A DNA stretch of 62,023 bases, from IMG/VR virus record IMGVR_UViG_3300001687_001193; one strand, given 5' to 3'. The stretch's first letter is position 1. Every line of letters starts with the position of its first letter. A program made the translations under genes and the position numbers. Source of the DNA: a virus. Of the stretch, positions 17,831-26,401 are shown piece after piece. The notes beneath the pieces are model-generated. The model was given only the letters and a program-made list of their open reading frames with translations. It did no database searches and was not told the DNA's origin.

Positions 17831-17990
17831 TATGAAAAGGTGGGAACGAATAACTGTTATAGCAAAAAGCAAGTCTGTCATGAAACGGGTCCAGACTCAG
17901 GCTACAGCGGAGGGGTGGGAGATTGATTCTGTCAAAATGCAAGACAATGACGTGATCATTGTCCTAAAAAAGGAGGCGAAGAATGCATAA
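17831..17990 (+). CDS. hypothetical small protein
   Basis: GGTGAGGTG RBS then ATG; the longer ORF-track start would overlap the tRNA. Confidence 0.35.
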
Positions 17991-18041
17991 GTCTAAACGA
18001 AAACAGGAAGACGAACCCGGCAAATACGATTGCCTCCTTCA

Positions 18042-18125
18042 TCTAATGGTATGATACCGGACTTTTAATCCGGCGTCCCGTAAGGGCATTGGGGGTTCGA
18101 TTCCCTCAGGGGGCACTGGGAGATT
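18042..18125 (+). tRNA. tRNA-Lys(TTT)-like with a 17-nt variable region and 3-bp D stem (class-II-like architecture)
   Basis: Acceptor GCCTCCT/AGGGGGC (1 GU), anticodon stem CCGGA/TCCGG, loop CTTTTAA, variable CGTCCCGTAAGGGCATT, T-arm GGGGG-TTCGATT-CCCTC, A73; hand-folded. Confidence 0.45.
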
Positions 18126-18127
18126 AT

Positions 18128-18481
18128 ATGAATATCTTAAAAAAGCTGTATAGTATGATACCGACACTGGAATTTATTATTGGTAGAAAATCGGACGGAT
18201 GTGGTCTACCAGCTGCTGGATGCCCATGTCCAACTTGTGTCATCGAAGGGTCACTTGGAGAACCAGAAAAAGGCGATATGGTAGCTTATACTCCTTTTAC
18301 AGATGACGATATACCAGTCAAGTTTGGGACTGTAGAAAACGTAGAAATGACAGAAGAACGAGTACTTGTGCCAAGATATATTGAGACTACAGTTTTTCGT
18401 GTAAAATGGGATGACGGTGACGTTACTATACACGAAAATTGGAATGATTTGACAGTTATCAAGAGGACAGGGGAAGAATAA
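18128..18481 (+). CDS. hypothetical protein with CPCPTC motif
   Basis: GGGAG RBS before ATG at 18128; avoids overlap with the upstream tRNA. Confidence 0.4.
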   Translation: MNILKKLYSMIPTLEFIIGRKSDGCGLPAAGCPCPTCVIEGSLGEPEKGDMVAYTPFTDDDIPVKFGTVENVEMTEERVLVPRYIETTVFRVKWDDGDVTIHENWNDLTVIKRTGEE

Positions 18482-18666
18482 TGCCGGAGATTTTCTTAGT
18501 AATCATGGTGCTTGGCATTTTAATTATAGGAATTGGCCTTCTTGGCGCACGTTTTGATGCTACAGAGTCTGCTGTATGGGTCTTTGGAAGTATAATGACG
18601 GGAGTTAGTTGTCTAGGTTACATTGGATATTATATTCAAAAATGGATAGCAGGTTTGCATGTCTGA
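18481..18666 (+). CDS. small membrane protein
   Basis: 61 aa with two hydrophobic segments; ATGA overlap with the upstream gene. Confidence 0.4.
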   Translation: MPEIFLVIMVLGILIIGIGLLGARFDATESAVWVFGSIMTGVSCLGYIGYYIQKWIAGLHV

Positions 18667-18961
18667 GAAAAAGAAGCTCATTAGACAAGAATTTAGAGAC
18701 ATGGTGTTCTCTAGAGACGATTTTAAATGCAGGATATGTAAAAAGGGCGGAGTCGACGTATTAGATGCGCATCATATTACTGGCAGGAATTTCTTCCCCA
18801 ACGGCGGATATGTAGCCGAAAACGGCATCACTCTTTGCCCAAACTGTCATTATAAAGCAGAATATGGTATATATGGTATTAATTTTCTTTACAAAACAAT
18901 AGAGTCTTCATTAAGTAAGGCTATAGAGGCCGATCTTAGAAATGAGGCTAAAAATGAATAA
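18659..18961 (+). CDS. HNH endonuclease
   Basis: CRIC...DAHHITGRN...NGITLCPNCH is a canonical HNH/His-Me zinc-finger nuclease. Confidence 0.7.
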   Translation: MSEKKKLIRQEFRDMVFSRDDFKCRICKKGGVDVLDAHHITGRNFFPNGGYVAENGITLCPNCHYKAEYGIYGINFLYKTIESSLSKAIEADLRNEAKNE

Positions 18962-19286
18962 GCTGGAATTTTATACCAAGTTAATTCAAGAAAACGGGCT
19001 GTCCAAGGAGATTTTAACAGAGTTGTTGTGCGACATTGGTAAAGCATACGCCGAACATCCTTGTAATTTAACCAGTGCAGACGACTCTGACGTTATGGTG
19101 GACTTTGAGGATGACAGTATGTCTATCGAACATGAGATCACTGTATATGGTCGTTGCGGAGAGTGGCATACCGAAAGAGCAACGATTTATGTATTCTGGG
19201 AGGAGCTTGTCGAGAATTTCCTGGATTGTTCTTCTAGAGAAGAAGAAGTTGAGCAGCAAATAAGGAAATTGCTGCGTTTGGCGTGA
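18942..19286 (+). CDS. hypothetical protein
   Basis: 114-aa ORF. Confidence 0.35.
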   Translation: MRLKMNKLEFYTKLIQENGLSKEILTELLCDIGKAYAEHPCNLTSADDSDVMVDFEDDSMSIEHEITVYGRCGEWHTERATIYVFWEELVENFLDCSSREEEVEQQIRKLLRLA

Positions 19287-19448
19287 ACATTTTGGTCAAA
19301 GGAATTGCGCCCAGCGAGGAAGTGAAGAAGGAAAGGTCGCAGTCTGAGTGGTTTACAACCGAGGATGAGGACAAATCTAAAAGAGTATTCGGAGGCCGGA
19401 ATTAAGCTAGCTCAGGGGATGGAAGCGGGAAATAAAATAGACACCTGA

Positions 19449-19519
19449 TCGGGCATAGCTCAATGGTAGAGTAGCAGGCTCTGACCCTGTTTATCTAGGT
19501 TCAAATCCTAGTGCCCGAG
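19449..19519 (+). tRNA. tRNA-Gln(CTG)
   Basis: Acceptor TCGGGCA/TGCCCGA, D GCTC/GAGT, anticodon stem GCAGG/CCTGT, loop CTCTGAC, T-arm CTAGG-TTCAAAT-CCTAG. Confidence 0.6.
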
Positions 19520-19626
19520 CGATTCATAATGGTTATTTATGGACCGGCATGTACCAAGGGATGGCGACCTGGTTTTGCAATCCGGGTGTGTCGAGAATTT
19601 TTAAGAAACAAGGAATCAGATAATTA

Positions 19627-20097
19627 ATGCAGTTCGACAACGAAACAGAGTTGATAATTTGGCTTGCAGGGCTGCTAGAGGGAGAAGGGACTTTTATCGC
19701 AGCAACAAGTAAATATACAGCATGTCTGTCATTGAATATGACCGACCACGATATCATTCATTATGTTGCACAATTATGGGACGTTTCCATCTCAAGGCCA
19801 AGAAAGCAAAAAAATCACCACAGGCAATCATACAGATGTATGATTAGGGGTGGTAGAGCAATCAGATGGATGAAGGCCATCAGGAAATATATGGGTGTCC
19901 GTAGAAAAAAGCAGATAGACCGCGCCATCGTGTCACACCGGCCTAAAGGACGAGATCAAAAAATTACGAGGGCACAAGCCGGTGAGATCCTTAGAAGGTA
20001 TATTAATGGAGAGACAGCAATTGAACTTGCAAAGGAATTCGGAATATCTAAATGGATGGTATATGCCATTAAGAAAGGACGCAGGACGACGGGGTGA
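19627..20097 (+). CDS. LAGLIDADG homing endonuclease (single-motif type) with C-terminal HTH
   Basis: IWLAGLLEGEGTF is a canonical LAGLIDADG motif; C-terminal ETAIELAKEFGISKWMV helix-turn-helix. Confidence 0.75.
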   Translation: MQFDNETELIIWLAGLLEGEGTFIAATSKYTACLSLNMTDHDIIHYVAQLWDVSISRPRKQKNHHRQSYRCMIRGGRAIRWMKAIRKYMGVRRKKQIDRAIVSHRPKGRDQKITRAQAGEILRRYINGETAIELAKEFGISKWMVYAIKKGRRTTG

Positions 20098-20159
20098 GTG
20101 CCGGGGCACAGCTGACTTTTGCACGGTCGGCCCGCCGAGTTCAACTCTCGGTCGCTCCA
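20091..20159 (+). other. tRNA-like 3' element (T-arm + acceptor) starting at the HEG stop codon
   Basis: T-arm CCGAG-TTCAACT-CTCGG; 3' acceptor TCGCTCC pairs with GGGGTGA (2 GU); no convincing D or anticodon arms. Confidence 0.3.
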
Positions 20160-20231
20160 CAGATGATGACTTAGACTTATTAAGCGGTGGCTTTCTGCAG
20201 GTTATAGAAGAAAAATTAGATTAGATAATAA

Positions 20232-20309
20232 GGGCCATTAGCTCAGCCTGGAAGTAGCGCTACGGTGACATCGTAGGTCTTGTCGCTGGTTCAAATCCAG
20301 CATGGCCCA
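20232..20309 (+). tRNA. tRNA-Val(GAC) (probable; 8-nt variable loop)
   Basis: Acceptor GGGCCAT/ATGGCCC, anticodon stem CTACG/CGTAG, loop GTGACAT, T-arm GCTGG-TTCAAAT-CCAGC. Confidence 0.5.
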
Positions 20310-20601
20310 CACGAGGTGGAAAATGACAGACAAAACCAGAAAAATAGTGGACATAGATGACCTTAAAAGGATGACTTACAAGAATTACGAACCGTTTTTC
20401 ATCGTCCTCCCAACTGAGAGGGTTATAGTTAGTTCAAAAGAAATCCGCTGGTCTGGAAGAAAATATTTCTACGTTACACACCTCGTAGACGGCTCTAAGG
20501 AAAAACTTACTATTGAAGAGCTGAAAGAATCATATATTGGTAAAGCTATAAAGGCTGGGTGTCTATATTGGGAAGACACAGATCCAAGTTGTTTTATATA
20601 A
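20302..20601 (+). CDS. hypothetical protein
   Basis: 99-aa ORF; GAGGTGG RBS. Confidence 0.4.
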   Translation: MAHTRWKMTDKTRKIVDIDDLKRMTYKNYEPFFIVLPTERVIVSSKEIRWSGRKYFYVTHLVDGSKEKLTIEELKESYIGKAIKAGCLYWEDTDPSCFI

Positions 20602-20849
20602 TAAAGATCTTTGAAAAAAGAATAGTTGGTTGTGAATAGAAATCTCTAGGAGGTTAGCTTAGAAGCAGCTATGTGGGGTTAAGCTAATTAGTGAAAACCC
20701 ACACGCGTTGTGGTTGACAACGTGCCTTTAAAGAGTAGGGTGAAGCTATACGTGATCCATGGTAAATGATTATAGCACATATGCAGAGTATATACCTGCG
20801 GCCGAGCGCATCGGTCCCCTTTTGGCGTAATAGCACACTAGAGATTTAT

Positions 20850-20920
20850 ACTCCGGTCGTCTAATGGTAGGACGCAACTCTGATAAGGTTGAGGAGGCAG
20901 TTCAATTCTGCCCCGGAGTA
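20850..20920 (+). tRNA. tRNA-Ile(GAT)
   Basis: Acceptor ACTCCGG/CCGGAGT, anticodon stem CAACT/GGTTG, loop CTGATAA, T-arm GGCAG-TTCAATT-CTGCC. Confidence 0.6.
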
Positions 20921-20939
20921 CTCTTTTAAGGAGGTAGAT

Positions 20940-21203
20940 ATGATTCCGAAAGAAGGAGACATAGTTCGTCTGAATAAAGAGTTTGTCGATATACTGGCCC
21001 GGAACAACGATGATAGTTGGATCACGAGTAGAGGTGTTGATTTATGTATTCGCGATGTTACATACGAACCTATACATTGTGTGTATAGGGTAACGTGGAA
21101 TATAATCGGTACCATTTCAGGTTATGGCTGTACGTGGCTCAAGCCCGATGGGTCTTTAAATACGGGAGTAATGCAAGATTCCATGGTGTGCCCATATTCG
21201 TAA
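20940..21203 (+). CDS. hypothetical protein (MIPKxGD paralog)
   Basis: AAGGAGG RBS; N-terminus MIPKEGDIVRLNKEFV is paralogous to ORF 30076. Confidence 0.45.
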   Translation: MIPKEGDIVRLNKEFVDILARNNDDSWITSRGVDLCIRDVTYEPIHCVYRVTWNIIGTISGYGCTWLKPDGSLNTGVMQDSMVCPYS

Positions 21204-21334
21204 AGGCAGACGGTAAAAAGGAATGTAGACCACACAGCACTCTGTGTGACTGTCAAAACCCTGAGATAATAGCCACAGGATTTGGTTCTCTCGCATTTAA
21301 TGTATGTCGCAAATGCAAAAAGGAAGTCGGCTAG
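21095..21334 (+). CDS. hypothetical Cys-rich protein (start uncertain; GTG at 21188 is an alternative)
   Basis: C-terminal CDC...CRKC cluster; overlaps the upstream gene in another frame. Confidence 0.25.
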   Translation: MEYNRYHFRLWLYVAQARWVFKYGSNARFHGVPIFVKADGKKECRPHSTLCDCQNPEIIATGFGSLAFNVCRKCKKEVG

Positions 21335-21337
21335 AAG

Positions 21338-21604
21338 TTGTATATAATGAGTAACGTTGAACTATATATAGAGAAAGAACTACTAAAATACGCGGGGAAA
21401 GATGTTATAGTGTATTACGAACGTGGCCTTTTAAAACTTACATGGGGATTCTATGTATGGAGCGGACACAGCCATACTCCAATCACACTCACAGAGCTGC
21501 GCGAGGACGGATTCGAGAAAGGAGACATTAAAGAACTTAGATCTGAAGCGGTTAAATTTACAGTAGTAGAAGTAACGTTGAATGAATTTGAAACAAAGGT
21601 ATAA
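21338..21604 (+). CDS. hypothetical protein
   Basis: 88-aa ORF. Confidence 0.35.
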   Translation: MYIMSNVELYIEKELLKYAGKDVIVYYERGLLKLTWGFYVWSGHSHTPITLTELREDGFEKGDIKELRSEAVKFTVVEVTLNEFETKV

Positions 21605-21617
21605 TCAAGGAGCCATA

Positions 21618-21962
21618 ATGAGCCAAGAACAACAATTATTGTATGACATGCATGCAGACCTAGCCAATACGGTATATGAATCAATCGACCAACGCAAAGA
21701 AGAAGGATTCTGGGAAGTTATTGAAGCCGCAATCATTAAAGCTCTGGGAGTTATGACCGGTCGCTATACTCTGGGCGAATACGGTTCGATGGACAAAGAA
21801 GATTTGGAGATATTGGATGAGATTAGATATGTGTCTAAGTATATGGGCAGGCGCTTGCAAGGCGTTGACGGCCTAGAAACTATGGACGAATTTGAAGCTA
21901 AAGTTGTAATTCTGACGAGCTATTTGGAGGGAAGGAGAGAGTTGGATGTGGGGAAAAACTAG
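21618..21962 (+). CDS. hypothetical protein
   Basis: AAGGAG RBS before ATG at 21618. Confidence 0.4.
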   Translation: MSQEQQLLYDMHADLANTVYESIDQRKEEGFWEVIEAAIIKALGVMTGRYTLGEYGSMDKEDLEILDEIRYVSKYMGRRLQGVDGLETMDEFEAKVVILTSYLEGRRELDVGKN

Positions 21963-22218
21963 GAAGATAACACGCGCCGATCGGCCATGCACTGAGTTCA
22001 CAATACGGGTTGTTATGGAGGATCATTGGATTCCCCACTTCCTGTCGATGCTTAAGTATATGGAACAACTAGGAAAATCTGGATGTTCTAGAAGGGTTTC
22101 CGTTTTTGCAGACGGAGATGGCGATTTTCACCCCACTTTTGAGTGGGATGATGTCTTGTCAGATGATGTTGCCCCGGCAACAGAACATGACGGCAATAGA
22201 CTATATGACGCTGGATAA
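21946..22218 (+). CDS. hypothetical protein
   Basis: 90-aa ORF. Confidence 0.3.
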   Translation: MWGKTRKITRADRPCTEFTIRVVMEDHWIPHFLSMLKYMEQLGKSGCSRRVSVFADGDGDFHPTFEWDDVLSDDVAPATEHDGNRLYDAG

Positions 22219-22229
22219 AGGAAATTGCG

Positions 22230-22427
22230 ATGAACATTAAAGCGACGGAAATTAGGAGCGGTGATACTATTATCAGGGATGATTTTACCGCATTAGTAAT
22301 CAATGTTAGGCGATTGGTGGTGTGCGGCGTGCCGCAAATCGTCCATATAATTTTGAGCAATCCGGACGGACATAATCCTGGCAGTCTGTTGCTCGACTCC
22401 GAGAGTATGGTAAAAATCAAGCACTAG
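22230..22427 (+). CDS. hypothetical protein
   Basis: 65-aa ORF. Confidence 0.3.
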   Translation: MNIKATEIRSGDTIIRDDFTALVINVRRLVVCGVPQIVHIILSNPDGHNPGSLLLDSESMVKIKH

Positions 22428-22436
22428 GGGGTAAAA

Positions 22437-22703
22437 ATGGAAGACGCGATACGTTCGGTGGCACTTGCTATTTGGGTACTAGTACTTATAGTATTTATGA
22501 GTACTTGTGCTACGTGTCATATAGAAGAACATATAAGCGACATAAAGAGTGAAATACGTAATATGGGTGCCGTAATAGAATTAGAGTTGAAGAACATAAG
22601 AGAAACTGGCTCTATCGACTACGATTCTATGCGCGGTGTAAAGAGAGACCTTAACCGCGTCGCAGATGAGCTTGGACGGATCAAATATGAGTACACCAAA
22701 TAA
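22437..22703 (+). CDS. hypothetical membrane-anchored protein
   Basis: N-terminal hydrophobic helix; GGGGG RBS. Confidence 0.35.
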   Translation: MEDAIRSVALAIWVLVLIVFMSTCATCHIEEHISDIKSEIRNMGAVIELELKNIRETGSIDYDSMRGVKRDLNRVADELGRIKYEYTK

Positions 22704-23538
22704 GCGGAGTAAATTCAGCATTTTACCAGAGCAATTCCCTCCAGAAATTGTCAGTTTTGTAAGGAAGCATTACTGGGAAGTCTTTGGCGATGGTGCAGCA
22801 CAAGTATATCTTGCCAGCTTGATAGATAATAAGTCGGCACTGTCGTTTGTGGCGAGAGATGGTTTTAGGATCTTGGGCGGCTATAGAATGTTGATGCGTG
22901 ATTACTCGGCTCAGATACTTGATTTCGCCGTTTTACCAGCCGCGCGCGGAAAAAGGTTGGGCAGGGAGCTTATAGAACACGCCAAGGAACGAGCTTCTTT
23001 ACACACTGCCAGGCCGCACTTGAAAATCGAACTTGAAAAGCCAACGATATTCTTGGACACTAGGATCTATCCTGAAGATAATGAGTTTGTCTCATTTATA
23101 CGTAAAATGGATTTTTTGTCTTGGGAACCATATATTCCGATGCTTGGCGAAGCAGAGTGGATAGCATATAACGAATATAAGAAAGCAGGCAAACAGCCGA
23201 AATCTTTCAGAAAAAGAATATGGCACGGTCCTATCCTGTCGCATGCTGTTGAAAGAGAGTTAGACGGACTAACAGAGAAACAGGCTAGAATAGTGCTGTC
23301 TGGACTCGACAAAAAGTTGGGTCATTTCGCTAAGTCTAATAAGCTGTCATACAAATACGAAATATGTCCCATCTGTAAAGACGTTGGCTCTACTATTGAT
23401 GATCCTAAGTGCGAAGAGTGTTATTTGAGATTAGGATGTAAGACGCCGTTTTTCCGTGGATTTAGGCATGACCCGCAAGTCGGCGCCATCTATTTCACCC
23501 AAATGAGGAGCTATCTGTGGAAAAAGCACAAGAGATAG
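22666..23538 (+). CDS. GNAT-family N-acetyltransferase domain protein with C-terminal Cys cluster
   Basis: ILDFAVLPAARGKRLGRELIEHA matches the GNAT motif A (Q/RxxGxG/A); C-terminal CPIC...CEEC. Confidence 0.5.
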   Translation: MSLDGSNMSTPNKRSKFSILPEQFPPEIVSFVRKHYWEVFGDGAAQVYLASLIDNKSALSFVARDGFRILGGYRMLMRDYSAQILDFAVLPAARGKRLGRELIEHAKERASLHTARPHLKIELEKPTIFLDTRIYPEDNEFVSFIRKMDFLSWEPYIPMLGEAEWIAYNEYKKAGKQPKSFRKRIWHGPILSHAVERELDGLTEKQARIVLSGLDKKLGHFAKSNKLSYKYEICPICKDVGSTIDDPKCEECYLRLGCKTPFFRGFRHDPQVGAIYFTQMRSYLWKKHKR

Positions 23539-23735
23539 AAAGCTATTATTACTTTGAAGATATTTATGGCTCTATGGTATCTGTCAAAGTGGAGACGCCT
23601 AGTGGACATATCCAACATGTAGAAAAATTGGAAGGAGTGGAATTAACGCCAGAGGCATGGATAGTGAGATTGAGGTACAAAGTTATTCATATACCGAAAG
23701 AATTGTTCTTCGTGATTAACATTCGTAGTAGATGA
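23517..23735 (+). CDS. hypothetical protein
   Basis: 72-aa ORF. Confidence 0.3.
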   Translation: MEKAQEIESYYYFEDIYGSMVSVKVETPSGHIQHVEKLEGVELTPEAWIVRLRYKVIHIPKELFFVINIRSR

Positions 23736-23745
23736 TGGAATAAAC

Positions 23746-24015
23746 ATGTCAACTATATATATTGTATTTGGCAAGACTGGCGAGTATAGTGATTATACAG
23801 AATGGCCGGTCAAAGCATTTAGATCGGAAGAACGTGCCATTGCATTTGTAGAAGAAGTCTCAACAGAATATAGGAAATTGCGCGACAAATATGGCACATA
23901 TATGTTTCACGAGATGATCGAAGCAGGTGACAAAAATCGTTTGGACCCACATATGGGATACGACCACGTGACTGGTACTGAATACGAGTACTTTCCCCTA
24001 GAACTAGAAGAATAA
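23746..24015 (+). CDS. hypothetical protein
   Basis: 89-aa ORF. Confidence 0.35.
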   Translation: MSTIYIVFGKTGEYSDYTEWPVKAFRSEERAIAFVEEVSTEYRKLRDKYGTYMFHEMIEAGDKNRLDPHMGYDHVTGTEYEYFPLELEE

Positions 24016-24611
24016 TGGAAGAAATATACACATATTGGATTGGACATCAAGATGACGAAGGACCATACTATGATTCCATCGATGAAGCCGAACGTGCGTT
24101 AAAAGAACGCCTCAAAAAGCTGGATTATTGCAGCGATGAGAAGTCATTCAGAGCGGGTCTCAACGACGATTGGGGTTTTAGGTCGTCTTTGTTATATGGG
24201 CGGTCACAAGTGAAGGAGACGAGTAGAATGGAAAAATGGGCGTTTACTTATAACTATTATAGCCACTTAGACAGATTTGTCGGCCCGTTTGATTCGTACG
24301 AGAAAATGCTGGAATTTATAATCAATATGACAGATGAAAATTGGGACGACGAGGTGACAAGCCATCACATTAAAGATTCCTTCTTGGATGGCGAGTTGTC
24401 TTCTCCAGATGATGTAAGAGACATTTTTAATATCCGATTTTTTCGGGTATCCGAAGAGCCCGTAGATGTCCACCACATTTATAACGGCTGGGACAAGAAA
24501 CTTGACGAAATAAGATCAGAATGGGAAATGATAGAAATAGAACAGCGCGAAGAGAAAGATAGGCAAGAATACGAGAGATTGAAGAGAAAGTATGGAGATA
24601 GTCCGGGGTAG
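24015..24611 (+). CDS. hypothetical acidic protein
   Basis: 198-aa ORF; ATGA-type coupling to the upstream gene. Confidence 0.4.
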   Translation: MEEIYTYWIGHQDDEGPYYDSIDEAERALKERLKKLDYCSDEKSFRAGLNDDWGFRSSLLYGRSQVKETSRMEKWAFTYNYYSHLDRFVGPFDSYEKMLEFIINMTDENWDDEVTSHHIKDSFLDGELSSPDDVRDIFNIRFFRVSEEPVDVHHIYNGWDKKLDEIRSEWEMIEIEQREEKDRQEYERLKRKYGDSPG

Positions 24612-24672
24612 CATAATGGTAATGCACACGACTGTTAATCGTGGGGATACAAGTTCGAATCTTGTCCCTGGA
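24602..24672 (+). tRNA. tRNA-Asn(GTT)
   Basis: Acceptor TCCGGGG/CCCTGGA (1 GU), D GCAT/ATGC, anticodon stem CACGA/TCGTG, loop CTGTTAA, T-arm ACAAG-TTCGAAT-CTTGT. Confidence 0.65.
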
Positions 24673-24725
24673 GCTTTAACCACATAAAAGTTATTAATTA
24701 CTATTTCGTAGAATGGAATAAGGCC

Positions 24726-25259
24726 ATGATAGATTGGATGTATATTAAAGAAGGCGAAAATCGAGTACGCATAGGTGGGCACCCAGAACAGAGACTAATA
24801 CACTGGATTACGGTCTCATCGCGTACGACATCCGTGATGTGTGAAGGTAGTTGTCAGTACTGTCAGAACGGAGACAAAGTCCAAGTACGATTTGATGTCC
24901 CTGTCATTGATAGGTTCGATAGTAAGTGCAAAATGCTGCGAATCGGGAAACAAGTATATCAAGGAATTAGGGATTTTGAGACGGACGTGGATTGGGGAGA
25001 TCCACGGGACTATGACATAATAATATACAGAGGCCCACGCAGGTCGCAGCCGTGGTATTATGTAGCTGCTATCCCACACAAACATCCTTTGACTGAAGAA
25101 GAAAAGGACGAGATAGATCGCTTGCTACGCGAGGCCAAAATGCCCAAATCGCACAAAGTTGCCTCGCACGACAAGTGCAATTCGTGTGGTGGGATTGGAG
25201 AAATGAGAGGGATGGCGTGCGTTTGCAAGCAATGTAACAATATAGTCTGGGGCTGTTGA
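24726..25259 (+). CDS. hypothetical protein with Cys clusters
   Basis: CEGSCQYCQ and a C-terminal CNSCGG...CVCKQC. Confidence 0.4.
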   Translation: MIDWMYIKEGENRVRIGGHPEQRLIHWITVSSRTTSVMCEGSCQYCQNGDKVQVRFDVPVIDRFDSKCKMLRIGKQVYQGIRDFETDVDWGDPRDYDIIIYRGPRRSQPWYYVAAIPHKHPLTEEEKDEIDRLLREAKMPKSHKVASHDKCNSCGGIGEMRGMACVCKQCNNIVWGC

Positions 25260-25265
25260 TTAAAT

Positions 25266-25336
25266 CCCCCGTCATCTAATGGCTAGGATCCTAGATTTTG
25301 AATCTAGTCATGTTGGTTCGAATCCAGCCGGGGGAT
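25266..25336 (+). tRNA. tRNA-Gln(TTG)
   Basis: Acceptor TCCCCCG/CGGGGGA, anticodon stem CTAGA/TCTAG, loop TTTTGAA, T-arm GTTGG-TTCGAAT-CCAGC. Confidence 0.6.
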
Positions 25337-25349
25337 CTGAGGAGGTACT

Positions 25350-25613
25350 ATGTGGGTGATAATTGGAGAAGAATGGCCTGACTATTACAGTTGTTATTGT
25401 ACTTGTACGTGTCATCCTGGTTGCGAGCCTAAGAGGGAATATGTTGCCTTATTCGATGAAAAGGAAGATGCCATGGAATATATAAAAAAATCTAGACTAA
25501 AGACTCCCCTGAGATATAGAGTTTTTAGAAAGAGGTCTTTACTTAGCTATTATAGACACGCATTTGTAGAGTTTTATGAACATGAAAATCTGCCAATTAA
25601 TCCAGAAATATAG
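25350..25613 (+). CDS. hypothetical protein
   Basis: GAGGAGG RBS; 87 aa. Confidence 0.4.
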   Translation: MWVIIGEEWPDYYSCYCTCTCHPGCEPKREYVALFDEKEDAMEYIKKSRLKTPLRYRVFRKRSLLSYYRHAFVEFYEHENLPINPEI

Positions 25614-25621
25614 GAGTAAAG

Positions 25622-26392
25622 ATGAGGGTATGGATTCTTGGAACTGGTGATGCCTTTTCCGAACAACGGTATAATGCGTCTTTTATAGTGCAAAGCAAAC
25701 ATGATAATCGTTTCCATGATCCTTCAGATGGATTTTTCAACTTGGCCGTAGAATGTCCACATCCCTACAGGAAAATACTTTTAGATTGCGAGATGAAAAG
25801 AGGCATTGCTAACGGCCCGAAACTAGAAGATATAGACCATTTCCTCATTAGTCATCTTCACGGAGATCATATGAATGGTCTAGAAGATGTGATTTTTTAT
25901 AAGCGGTTCGTGCAGGGTGTATATCCTCACGTTTACATGTCTCGTTGGGACTTGGATCAATTATGGAAGCATAGATTGAAATGTGCTATGGGCACCACTT
26001 ATGATGGCCAATGGCATCTCGATGTAGGGGAAGATTTTTTATATTATAAACATAGCTTGTCAGGTCCACAGTGCCATATAGGACCATTCGTTGTAGAAAC
26101 CAGAGTAACGCAGCATCATATCCCTGCAATTGCTATGTTGATTAAAGAAGGGGATAAATCTGTCGCTTTTTCATCTGATACTGTGTTCGACCCCTCTTTA
26201 ATTGATTGGATGAATCAAGCAGATCTTATTATACATGAAGCAACCGGTGGTCTTGGTCATACACGCTATGAAAGCTTAGTAACTTTATCGAAGAAAATTA
26301 AGGATAAGATGGTATTGATTCATTACCCTGACAGTTTTAATCGTGATACAGAGATCAGGAAGTTAAGAGAAGGCGAAGTACTTGAAGTATAA
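25622..26392 (+). CDS. metallo-beta-lactamase-fold hydrolase, RNase Z (tRNA 3'-processing) -like
   Basis: N-terminal ILGTGDAF, a LLDCE block, and ISHLHGDHMNGL (HxHxDH) match the short-form RNase Z / ElaC pattern. Confidence 0.5.
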   Translation: MRVWILGTGDAFSEQRYNASFIVQSKHDNRFHDPSDGFFNLAVECPHPYRKILLDCEMKRGIANGPKLEDIDHFLISHLHGDHMNGLEDVIFYKRFVQGVYPHVYMSRWDLDQLWKHRLKCAMGTTYDGQWHLDVGEDFLYYKHSLSGPQCHIGPFVVETRVTQHHIPAIAMLIKEGDKSVAFSSDTVFDPSLIDWMNQADLIIHEATGGLGHTRYESLVTLSKKIKDKMVLIHYPDSFNRDTEIRKLREGEVLEV

Positions 26393-26401
26393 GGAGAAGA
26401 T

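Noticed and set aside
17057-17881. Long minus-strand ORFs (for example 17057-17881, 3847-4410, 28885-29604, 14608-14943, 40580-40789)
   Set aside because: They are antisense to well-supported + genes or to structured-RNA regions, have low-complexity composition and lack RBSs. The whole window is transcribed from the + strand.
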